Assembly (NCBI GenBank): GCA_002412795.1
Contig: DHVS01000038.1
Coordinates: forward strand, 4 to 64,003
Direction of reading: 5' to 3'
DNA length: 64,000 bases
Source of the DNA: a bacterium UBP2_UBA5202
GTDB lineage: Bacteria > Edwardsbacteria > AC1 > EtOH8
Shown here: piece after piece, positions 36,598-44,478 of the stretch
How the letters are laid out: each line of letters begins with the position of its first letter
Position numbering within the stretch: position 1 is the first letter of the stretch
Program-made: the position numbers and the translations under genes
Notes under the pieces: model-generated
Seen by the model: only the letters and a program-made list of their open reading frames with translations
What the model was told of the DNA's origin: nothing
The model's database searches: none

Positions 36598-38124
36598 ATG
36601 GTCGTTACTATCAATCCCACCGCGGTCTCGATCCTGCCGTTCCTGGTGTTCATGGTTCCCCTGTTCTTCGGGGGCCTGATCTTCGCCCTGGGACGCTACG
36701 GCAAGTTCTTCCGGCAGGGTCTGGCCCTGATCGGGATCTTCGCCACCTTGGCCATCTCGATCATGATGACCGGACGGGTGCTGGGCGGCGAGGTGCTGAC
36801 CTGGTGGAACAATAACTTCTACATCGACGGCTTGGCCACCCTGATGGAACTGGCGGCCAGCGGGCTGGGGGCCATAGTGGTGGTCTACTCCATCTACTAT
36901 TTCTCGGAGAAGACCGAGGCGGCCGAGGCCCACCCCTACACCAGCATGACCAGTTACTATGGGCAGATCATGGTCTTTCTGGGGCTGATGAACTGGACCT
37001 GCGCCACCAACAACATCATCATGATGTACGTCTCGCTGGAGTTCACCACCCTGGCCACGGTCTTTTTGGTGACCTTCCACTGGAACAAGCAGGCACTGGA
37101 AGCCGGTTACAAATATCTTCTATTGGTGACTGTGGGGGTGATCTTCGCCCTGCTGGGCTCGGTCCTTTTATACGCCGCGGCCATTCCCTACCTGCCGGTG
37201 TCGAGGGTCCTGCTTTTGACCGAGCTGGGGACCATTGCCACCAAGATACCCACCAACATAGTGCTGCTGGCCTCGGCCTTCTTAGTCGTCGGTTTCGGCA
37301 CCAAGGCCGGCCTGGTGCCCTTTCACGCCTGGCTGCCGGATGCCCACGCCGAGGCCCCGGCCCCGGTAAGCGCCCTGCTCTCCGGCATCGTCATCAAAGT
37401 GGGGGCCTACGCCCTGGCCAGGACCATCTCGGTCTTTGCCCCGCACTACGGCACCATCCCGCTGTTCATCGCCATTCTCTGTTCCATCTCCATGATCGTG
37501 GGAATGATGATGGCCATGATCCAGGACGACCTGAAGCGGATGCTGGCCTACTCCTCGGTCGCCCAGATCGCCTACGTGATCGAGGGCCTGGGAATGGGCA
37601 CCTACCTGGGGATCTACGGCGGCCTGATGCACCTGCTGAACCACTCCATCGTCAAGGGCCTGCTGTTCCTGGCGGTGGGGGCGCTGATCTACGCCACCGG
37701 CAAGCGCAAGGTGTCCGAGTTGTCAAAGATCAAATTGAACATGCCCATCACCGCCTTCGCCTTTTTCGTGGGAATATTCGCCCTATCCGGGATGCCGCCC
37801 TTCAACGGCTTCGTCTCAAAATTCACCCTGTTTTTGGCGGTGGGCCAGGCCAATCTTTTGTGGGCGGCCATCATCGGCATCATCACCTCGCTGTTCACCC
37901 TGGTTTGTTTCTTTAGGGCCGGATACAAGATATTCTGGTCGCCGAAAGAAAGTTATTCCGTCGGGGCTGAAACAACCACCGCCGCCGAGGTCCCGGCCGG
38001 GATGTGGGTGGGCATGGTGATCCTGGCCGTGGCGGCCATAGCGTTGGGGGTATTTCCCCAGATCGTGCACCCGCTTTTGGACAGCGCCACCAAGTGCATA
38101 CTGAGGATATTGATCGGGGGCTGA
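36598..38124 (+). CDS. Antiporter-like membrane subunit (HyfF / NuoN / MrpD-like)
   Basis: A 508-aa protein of the NuoM/N family (WLPDAHAEAPAPVSALLSG). Confidence 0.8.
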   Translation: MVVTINPTAVSILPFLVFMVPLFFGGLIFALGRYGKFFRQGLALIGIFATLAISIMMTGRVLGGEVLTWWNNNFYIDGLATLMELAASGLGAIVVVYSIYYFSEKTEAAEAHPYTSMTSYYGQIMVFLGLMNWTCATNNIIMMYVSLEFTTLATVFLVTFHWNKQALEAGYKYLLLVTVGVIFALLGSVLLYAAAIPYLPVSRVLLLTELGTIATKIPTNIVLLASAFLVVGFGTKAGLVPFHAWLPDAHAEAPAPVSALLSGIVIKVGAYALARTISVFAPHYGTIPLFIAILCSISMIVGMMMAMIQDDLKRMLAYSSVAQIAYVIEGLGMGTYLGIYGGLMHLLNHSIVKGLLFLAVGALIYATGKRKVSELSKIKLNMPITAFAFFVGIFALSGMPPFNGFVSKFTLFLAVGQANLLWAAIIGIITSLFTLVCFFRAGYKIFWSPKESYSVGAETTTAAEVPAGMWVGMVILAVAAIALGVFPQIVHPLLDSATKCILRILIGG

Positions 38125-38153
38125 AACTTAAACTGTTTGAACCGAGAAATGAC

Positions 38154-38510
38154 ATGAATAAGACAAAATATAACCAGTCATTTTGGAGTGCTTTAGATAC
38201 ATTGCTTAAATCATGCGAAGTTATTGTTGACCGACCGAAAGGAGCTCAACACCCAAGATACCCTGGTTGTATTTATCCTCTTGATTATGGTTATTTAAAA
38301 GGAACACTATCCTTGGACAATTCAGGAATTGATATTTGGAAAGGCAGCAACAATAAGAACAGTATAAATGGAATACTCTGCACTATTGATTTGCATAAAA
38401 AGGATTCGGAGATAAAGATAATGATTGATTGCACTCAGGATGAAAAAAGTAAAATATTAGATTTTCACAATGAGAATAATATGTATGCAATTTTAATTGA
38501 TCGCGAATAA
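38154..38510 (+). CDS. AT-rich hypothetical protein (119 aa)
   Basis: The ORF is low-GC relative to its surroundings. The start is taken at MNKTKYNQ; the ORF-track N-terminal extension overlaps the upstream gene. Confidence 0.4.
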   Translation: MNKTKYNQSFWSALDTLLKSCEVIVDRPKGAQHPRYPGCIYPLDYGYLKGTLSLDNSGIDIWKGSNNKNSINGILCTIDLHKKDSEIKIMIDCTQDEKSKILDFHNENNMYAILIDRE

Positions 38511-38568
38511 CCCTATTTTAATCACAGATAGACGTTTAAAAATAAACATATACCGGATAAATAATGAA

Positions 38569-38700
38569 GAAATCTTTGACATTGATCTTATGTACGGCAT
38601 TGGCGATTCCCTTTGCCGTAACTTCCTGCGGGCCGGGCGGCCAGCAGATCAAGATCGGGGTGGCCGGGGGCAATAAGCGCCAAATTTAAACCGGGGAGAA
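38569..38700 (+). pseudogene. Truncated diverged copy of the 5' end of the downstream LivJ-like SBP gene
   Basis: MKKSLTLILCTALAIPFAVTSCGPGGQQIKIGVAG... The 45 nt at 38625-38669 are nearly identical to 39508-39552. The frame stops after GGNKRQI. Confidence 0.5.
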
Positions 38701-38705
38701 ATATC

Positions 38706-39035
38706 ATGACACATCAAGAAACAAAGGAACATATCGCAGCGGTCATCCGCGATGAGTTCAAAGAAAAAAACATCGCAATAAAAAACATGATCCTCTTTGG
38801 AAGCCAGGCGCGGCAGAATGCCGGGCCCGGCAGCGACTGGGATTTTATGGTAAGCGTGGCGGAAGAATTGGGGTTCATTGAAAAATCAAAAATAACAACC
38901 AGCATTCAAAGAAAGCTGGCGGCAAAGCATCTCTCGGCCGATATCATCATCAAATCCGAAATGAAAATGAATCAGGAGCGCAATAACGTCGGCTTCATAA
39001 CTTATTACGCGCTTAAAGATGGAGTCCCGGCATGA
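38706..39035 (+). CDS. Minimal nucleotidyltransferase (MntA-like antitoxin component)
   Basis: FGSQARQNAGPGSDWD motif (GS-x9-13-DxD). Confidence 0.8.
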   Translation: MTHQETKEHIAAVIRDEFKEKNIAIKNMILFGSQARQNAGPGSDWDFMVSVAEELGFIEKSKITTSIQRKLAAKHLSADIIIKSEMKMNQERNNVGFITYYALKDGVPA

Positions 39036-39427
39036 ATGAAGAGATCGTAAAATTGTGGCTCCTAAAAACGGATAACGATTTTAAAACCGGCAAGGATGAA
39101 CTGGCTACGGAAAGCCCGGCAACGGATACCATTTGCTTTCATATGCAACAGTGCGTGGAAAAACATCTTAAGGCATTTCTGGTTTCCAAAGGCGTGGAAA
39201 TATCAAAATCCCACAATCTATCCCTTATCCTGCAGCAGTGCGCCGACGTTGATCCTGATTTTGAAAAACTTAAATCCAGCGGAGCTGATGAATTAACCCC
39301 ATATGCAGTAAATGCCAGATACCCGGATGATTTTTATATGCCGTCTCAGGAAGAAACTCAGAATGCCGTCCGGATGGCGGAAAAAGTGAATACCTTTGTC
39401 CTTGCAAAAATAAAACCATCAACATGA
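39032..39427 (+). CDS. HEPN domain protein (HepT-like toxin component)
   Basis: A 4-nt overlap with the NT gene. A HEPN-fold helix set with a conserved ARY...Y segment. Confidence 0.7.
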   Translation: MNEEIVKLWLLKTDNDFKTGKDELATESPATDTICFHMQQCVEKHLKAFLVSKGVEISKSHNLSLILQQCADVDPDFEKLKSSGADELTPYAVNARYPDDFYMPSQEETQNAVRMAEKVNTFVLAKIKPST

Positions 39428-39443
39428 AATCAGGCGCATTAAA

Positions 39444-40604
39444 ATGAAAAAATCAGTTGCAATGTTTCTAACGGTCAGCGTTCTGATAACGCTGGTGTTC
39501 TTCGGCTGCGGGCCGGGCGGCCAGCAGATCAAGATCGGGGTGGCCGGGCCGCTGACCGGCGAGCAGGGCAAGGCCGGGCAGGACCTGCTGCACGGGGTGC
39601 AGCTGGCGGTCTCCGAGTGCAACGCCCGGGGCGGGGTGCTGGGCAAGCGGGTGGTGATCATCGCCGGGGACGACCGGGCTGATGAGAAGGAGGCCAATGT
39701 CATAGCCCAGCGGCTGTGCGACCAAGGGGTGGCCGGAGTGGTGGGGCACTACAACAGCCACTGCTCCATAGCCGGCAGCCGGATCTACAACCAGAGGATG
39801 ATCCCCCAGATCACCCCTTCGTCCACCAACCCCAAGTTCACCCGGCAGGGGTTTGTCAACGTCTTCCGGACCTGCGGCCGCGACGACCAGCAGGGCAGGA
39901 TAGCCGCCGACTACGCCTTCAACACAATGAAGGTCAAGAAAGTGGCCATCTTCTCCGACGGCACTACCTACGGGCTGGGGCTGGCCGAGGAATTCAAGAA
40001 ATCCATCCTGTCGTACAACCAGCCGAAGAAGGTCGAAGTGACCATTGTGGCCGAGGCCCAGCTGCCGCTGATCACCGAGGGCAAGGCCCCGGACTACGGC
40101 CCGCTGTTGGATCCCCTGATCAGCTACCAGCCCGACCTGATCTATTTCGGCGGCAGCTATCCCGAAGGGGCCATGCTGATCCGGCAGATCAAGGAACGCC
40201 GGCTGGCGGCGGCTTTCATGACCGGGGACGCCATAGCCAACTCGGAGCTGATCAAACGGGGCGGGGTGGCCACCGAGGGAATATTATTCACCTTCGGGCC
40301 GGCGGTGGAGGACATGCCCCAGGCCGGCAGGTTCTACGATTCCTTCAAGGCCCGCTACGGCGAGCTGGGCCCCTACTCGGTTTACGCCTACGACGCGGCC
40401 ACCGTGCTGCTGAAAAGCATTGAGCTGGCCGGGACCACCGGCGGGGATTCCCTGGTCAAGGTGATCCATTCCGCCAAATTCTCCGGAGCCATGGGCGAGC
40501 TGGAATTTGACGAGACGGGTGACATCAGGGCCGCTCCCTATGTGCTGTGGACGGTGAAGGGCGGGGAGTTCCGGCCGGTCAGGGCGGAGACTACGTTAAA
40601 ATAG
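39444..40604 (+). CDS. Periplasmic-binding-protein type I (LivJ/LivK-like branched-chain amino acid) solute-binding lipoprotein, orphan
   Basis: Signal peptide plus FFGC lipobox, then the IKIGVAGPLTG start typical of Leu/Ile/Val-binding proteins. No permease or ATPase genes lie nearby. Confidence 0.75.
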   Translation: MKKSVAMFLTVSVLITLVFFGCGPGGQQIKIGVAGPLTGEQGKAGQDLLHGVQLAVSECNARGGVLGKRVVIIAGDDRADEKEANVIAQRLCDQGVAGVVGHYNSHCSIAGSRIYNQRMIPQITPSSTNPKFTRQGFVNVFRTCGRDDQQGRIAADYAFNTMKVKKVAIFSDGTTYGLGLAEEFKKSILSYNQPKKVEVTIVAEAQLPLITEGKAPDYGPLLDPLISYQPDLIYFGGSYPEGAMLIRQIKERRLAAAFMTGDAIANSELIKRGGVATEGILFTFGPAVEDMPQAGRFYDSFKARYGELGPYSVYAYDAATVLLKSIELAGTTGGDSLVKVIHSAKFSGAMGELEFDETGDIRAAPYVLWTVKGGEFRPVRAETTLK

Positions 40605-40634
40605 CCACCCTTCGAGAAACTCAGGGTAAACTCC

Positions 40635-40685
40635 AACACAAAGGCACCAAGGGTTAATTAATTTGTGTCTTGGTGTCTTAGCGGC
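40635..40685. promoter_or_regulatory. Second copy of the ACACAAAGGCAC ... TTTGTGTCTTGGTGTCTTAG motif ahead of the hydrogenase small-subunit gene
   Basis: Sequence similarity to 35146-35202. Confidence 0.4.
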
Positions 40686-40721
40686 AAACCATTCTGACAT
40701 TATAAGATTAAGAGTGAAAAG

Positions 40722-41204
40722 ATGTTTCTGAAAAAACTTTGCGCCAAGGCCTTTCCCAAGTCGCTGTGGATCTATCACGTCAACACCGGGTCCTGCAACG
40801 GATGCGACATCGAGATCGTGGACGTGATCACACCCTACTACGACGCCGAGCGCTTTGGCATCAAGCTGGCCGGAAGCCCGCGCCATGCCGACATCATGCT
40901 GGTGTCCGGGCCGGTGACCCGGCAGGCCCTGCCGTCCTTAAAGCGGGCCTACCAGGCCATCCCCGACCCCAAGATCGTGATCGTGGTGGGCTCCTGCGGG
41001 GCCGGCGGCAACCTGTGGTTTGACACCTACAACGTCACCGGCGGGGTGGACAAGGTGATCCCGGTCAACTACTACATCCCGGGCTGCCCGCCCCGGCCCG
41101 AGGCCATCCTCTATGGCGTGGCAGTAGCCCTGGGGCTGGCCCCCAAGAAGGTCAAGGCCGAGGAATCGGTGGAAGGCCCGATAAGGGAGGGAATGTGGAA
41201 ATGA
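40722..41204 (+). CDS. hycG: Group-4 [NiFe]-hydrogenase small subunit (NuoB/HycG-like)
   Basis: CNGCD, GSCGAGG and PGCPPRPE cluster-binding motifs in a 160-aa protein. Confidence 0.9.
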   Translation: MFLKKLCAKAFPKSLWIYHVNTGSCNGCDIEIVDVITPYYDAERFGIKLAGSPRHADIMLVSGPVTRQALPSLKRAYQAIPDPKIVIVVGSCGAGGNLWFDTYNVTGGVDKVIPVNYYIPGCPPRPEAILYGVAVALGLAPKKVKAEESVEGPIREGMWK

Positions 41205-42106
41205 TGACGCTGAATATAAAATCAGAAAGCAAAAGGCGGAATAATCTGCTCACAGTGGGTTTGGCTTTTCTGCTTTCATCTTTCAGCCTTATGCTTTTCG
41301 CCAGCTGCGGAAACCTTTCCCGGGGCAGCCTCAGCCAGGAAGCGGTCAAGATGGCGGTGCTGCCGGCCTATTCCACCGCTTTGACCAGCCATAAATACCT
41401 GCCACTACTGAACTACCTCTCCCGGGAGACCGGTTACGAGGTCCAGTACATCTGGGGCCAGAGCTACTCCGGGCTGGGCGCCGCCATCGAGACCTCCGGG
41501 GCCGACTTCGTGATCTGCGACCCGCTAGCCTACCTGACCCTGCAGAAGACCCACCGGGCCAGGCTGCTGGTGATCAGCGTTGGGGCGGACGGCCAGAGCG
41601 AGGCGCCGGGAATGATATTCGTTCCGCAAGGTTCACCGATCACAGATCCCCGGTCCCTGAAAGGGAAGCTGGTGGCCTGCGCCTCAATGCAGTCTTCCGA
41701 GGGATTCATATCCCAGGCCGTTTACCTGAAGTCCCTGGGGCTTTTGGCCGGCAGGGATTACCGGCTGCTGGTCTGCGGCACCATGGACGAGGCGGTCAAA
41801 AAAGTGGCCGAAGGCAAGGCCCAGGCCGGTTTCGGCGGCCCGGACTGCCTGGATCCCGCAATGACCGGCCAGCTGATCCCCCTGGCCGGCACCGATCCGG
41901 TGCCGGGCTGGCTTTGCCTGAGCCTGAAGGGCGACAATTACGAGGTGGAAGAAAAACTGACCCAGGCTTTCTTAAGACTGGGCCTTGAAAATACGGAGCA
42001 TAAAAAAGTGCTGGAAGGCCTGGGATATAATGGTTTTGCCATTCCCCAGGAGGCCGGTCTCAAGGGGCTGGAGGAAATGGCCAAGGGCCTGAAAGTCCCA
42101 TTTTAA
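41195..42106 (+). CDS. PhnD/SsuA-family (phosphonate-type) periplasmic solute-binding lipoprotein, orphan
   Basis: Signal peptide with FASCG lipobox and a PBP type II fold. It overlaps the hycG stop and has no ABC permease or ATPase partner. Confidence 0.55.
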   Translation: MEMMTLNIKSESKRRNNLLTVGLAFLLSSFSLMLFASCGNLSRGSLSQEAVKMAVLPAYSTALTSHKYLPLLNYLSRETGYEVQYIWGQSYSGLGAAIETSGADFVICDPLAYLTLQKTHRARLLVISVGADGQSEAPGMIFVPQGSPITDPRSLKGKLVACASMQSSEGFISQAVYLKSLGLLAGRDYRLLVCGTMDEAVKKVAEGKAQAGFGGPDCLDPAMTGQLIPLAGTDPVPGWLCLSLKGDNYEVEEKLTQAFLRLGLENTEHKKVLEGLGYNGFAIPQEAGLKGLEEMAKGLKVPF

Positions 42107-42144
42107 ATTGACCCAAATACTCCGACCAATAACATAAAGATGAT

Positions 42145-43932
42145 ATGAAACAGACCTTTACCATTTGCCCCCATTGCGGCTGCGGCTGCGGCCTTTACCT
42201 GGTGCAGCAGGACGGCAGGACCGGCGGGGTCACCGCCAGCCAGGAGCATTATTTTTCGGCCGGACAACTTTGCGCCCGGGGCTGGACCGGTTACCAGTTG
42301 TTATGGTCGCCGCTACGGATAAAGACCCCGCTCTATAAAAAGAACGGCGGACTGGCCCCCATCGGTTACGACAAGGGGCTGGAGGCCGCCGGCAAAAAAC
42401 TTAAGTCCATCAGGGAAAAGCACGGTCCCCAGAGCATCGGCATCATCGCTTCCTCCCGGCTGACGGTGGAGGAGGCCCAGGCCCTGCGCTCGTTCGCCAA
42501 AGACATCCTGGAGACCCCCAATTGCGACAGCGCCGCCCGGCTGGGCTACCTGCCGCTGGAATTCCCTAAAACAGCCGCCACCACGGACATTGCCGGGGCC
42601 GACCTGATCATAGCGCTGGGGACCAATCTGATGGAAGAGAACCCCATGCTGGGCGCCCGGGTGGTCTCGGCCTGCAAGCCGGAGGCCGACCGGCCCTACC
42701 AGTCGGCCGACCTGAGCCACGTCATTGCCGGCCAGCCCGCACGGCTGGCGGTGATGGACAGCCGCAAAAGCGCGCTGGCCGATGCGGCGGAATTGTTCCT
42801 AAAGACCATTCCCGGCCAGGAGGCCGGGGTGCTGCTGGCCCTGCTTAAAGTATTGATCGAAAAATACCAGCTGGAATCCAAGGATCCGGCTTTCCGCAAG
42901 GTCAAGGAAGTTTTGGCCAAGATGACCTGGGAGAACCTGTTGTCCAACACCGGGCTGGTGCTGCCGAACCTGGAACAGCTGGGAGCCATTATTGTATCCG
43001 CTAAGTCGCCGCTGTTGATATTCGGGCGCAGCCTGTTCACCGGGCACGATGCGGCGGCGGCCCGTTCAGCCCTGACCGGCCTGTCGCTGCTGCTGCCGGA
43101 AAAGCTCTCGGTGCTCCAGACTAGCGCCGCCGCCAACGACTGGGGATGCGCCCGGATCCTGCATCCGGACAAGGGCCAAAGCTATCTGGAGATGGTGGAA
43201 TCGCTGGCCTCCGGGAAAATAAAAGCCCTGGTGCTGGTGGGCGAGGATCCCCTGAAGACGCTGGGCGGAAAAGATGAGGCGGCCCAGGCCCTGGCCCAGG
43301 CCGAGCTGGTGGTTGCCTTCGATCATTTTGTCTCCGAGAGCCATCAGTACGCCGAGGCGGTTTTCCCGCTGGCCCTTTCCTTTGAAAAGGAAGGTTCGTT
43401 CTGCAACTTGGACGGGAAAAGACAGAGATTTGAACAGTCAGTCAAGCCGGACTTTGAGATCAAACCGTTGGAAGAATCCTTGAAGGCCATGGCCTCGGTG
43501 ATCGGCGGAAAACTGGACCCCAAGGACGAGTTCAACCAGCCGGCCAAGGCCGGGTGGGATGCGGCCTTCGATCTGTCCAAGGCGGCTCCCCAGGGTTATG
43601 TGCTGGAACTGGGCACGGCCTACCCCCATCTATACGGGGACGACCAGCTGACCTTCAACAGTTATCACCTGACCCGGGAATTTGCCGGCGGTTTTGTGGA
43701 GCTGCATCCCGAAGACATCAAGGAATTGGGGGTCAGGGCGGGCTGGAAGGTCAAGGTCAGCTCGGCCACCGGAAGTCTGGTGGTGGTGGCCCGGGCCAAT
43801 CCCGATCTGGTGAAAAAGACCGCCTTCATGCCGATACATTTCGGCGGCAACCTGCTGGCCCCAGCCAAGCCCAATCACCATCTGAAGACCCCGCAGTTGA
43901 GGGGCATAGCGGTCAAGATAGAAAAGACTTGA
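42145..43932 (+). CDS. fdhF: Formate dehydrogenase H-like molybdopterin oxidoreductase catalytic subunit (Cys-type, no selenocysteine)
   Basis: N-terminal 4Fe-4S motif CPHCGCGCG and the MopB superfamily architecture with a molybdopterin-binding C-terminal domain. There is no in-frame TGA. Confidence 0.8.
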   Translation: MKQTFTICPHCGCGCGLYLVQQDGRTGGVTASQEHYFSAGQLCARGWTGYQLLWSPLRIKTPLYKKNGGLAPIGYDKGLEAAGKKLKSIREKHGPQSIGIIASSRLTVEEAQALRSFAKDILETPNCDSAARLGYLPLEFPKTAATTDIAGADLIIALGTNLMEENPMLGARVVSACKPEADRPYQSADLSHVIAGQPARLAVMDSRKSALADAAELFLKTIPGQEAGVLLALLKVLIEKYQLESKDPAFRKVKEVLAKMTWENLLSNTGLVLPNLEQLGAIIVSAKSPLLIFGRSLFTGHDAAAARSALTGLSLLLPEKLSVLQTSAAANDWGCARILHPDKGQSYLEMVESLASGKIKALVLVGEDPLKTLGGKDEAAQALAQAELVVAFDHFVSESHQYAEAVFPLALSFEKEGSFCNLDGKRQRFEQSVKPDFEIKPLEESLKAMASVIGGKLDPKDEFNQPAKAGWDAAFDLSKAAPQGYVLELGTAYPHLYGDDQLTFNSYHLTREFAGGFVELHPEDIKELGVRAGWKVKVSSATGSLVVVARANPDLVKKTAFMPIHFGGNLLAPAKPNHHLKTPQLRGIAVKIEKT

Positions 43933-43994
43933 GACATCTTTTCAAACAGGCCCCCGGTCTCGAAACATAACCACCGTCTACAATTTTATCATTT

Positions 43995-44040
43995 GGTGCG
44001 GGCAGCTGCAAAGGCAAGCCTGTCCGCACCGTTTCTATAC
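43995..44040 (+). terminator. Rho-independent terminator after the fdhF-like gene
   Basis: Hairpin ggtgcgggcag...ctgtccgcacc followed by a U-rich tract. A TTGACA-type promoter-like sequence follows at about 44071. Confidence 0.55.
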
Positions 44041-44099
44041 CCTTAAGGGAACCAGGTATTTTTCCTGGTTGACATGAGGGCTTATTTGTATTATCCTTA

Positions 44100-44460
44100 T
44101 GGCTCACAATATTAAGGTGGCGCACTAAGGAAACCTCGGTTTTACTCTGTTATGTTCTTTTTCTTGTTTGTGCCGCCAACTAAGAAAAAGAACCAAAAAG
44201 AAAAAAGCTCGTCGCAAAATACTATCCGGGCCACGCTTACGCCAAGGCTTCAGCGGACCCGCGCTGAGCTTCTCGTCGCCGGCGGGCTTGTCTGAACTCG
44301 GGCTTTGCCAGCCCTCAAACATGCAGACAAGCTATTAACCGCCGTCAACTGCGATGCTCACTGATAGTATTTAACGCGACAACCAGGGTTGGTCCCGGGT
44401 GATCAATGGATTACCTGAGATAATTGGATAATCATTTGGTTCATCTATAAAACATAATCA
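44100..44460 (+). other. Unassigned GC-rich structured non-coding region upstream of gatE
   Basis: It carries no ORF of 60 aa or more with coding features. Long-range complementarity is visible (gcttgtctg 44288-44296 with cagacaagc 44326-44334), along with several local hairpins. Confidence 0.25.
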
Positions 44461-44478
44461 AGCTAAATAAACATTTTC

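Noticed and set aside
38004-38153. N-terminal 50-aa extension of the ORF at 38004
   Set aside because: It overlaps the 3' end of the antiporter-like gene in another frame and is GC-rich, unlike the AT-rich remainder. The start is placed at the Met at 38154.
44100-44460. Tested by eye for tRNA, tmRNA, RNase P RNA, SRP RNA and T-box
   Set aside because: None of the universally conserved segments is present (GGTTCGANTCC T-loop, the tmRNA tag reading frame ending ALAA, RNase P GGAAAGTCCGGGCTCC, T-box AGGGTGGNACCGCG). It is kept only as an unassigned structured region.
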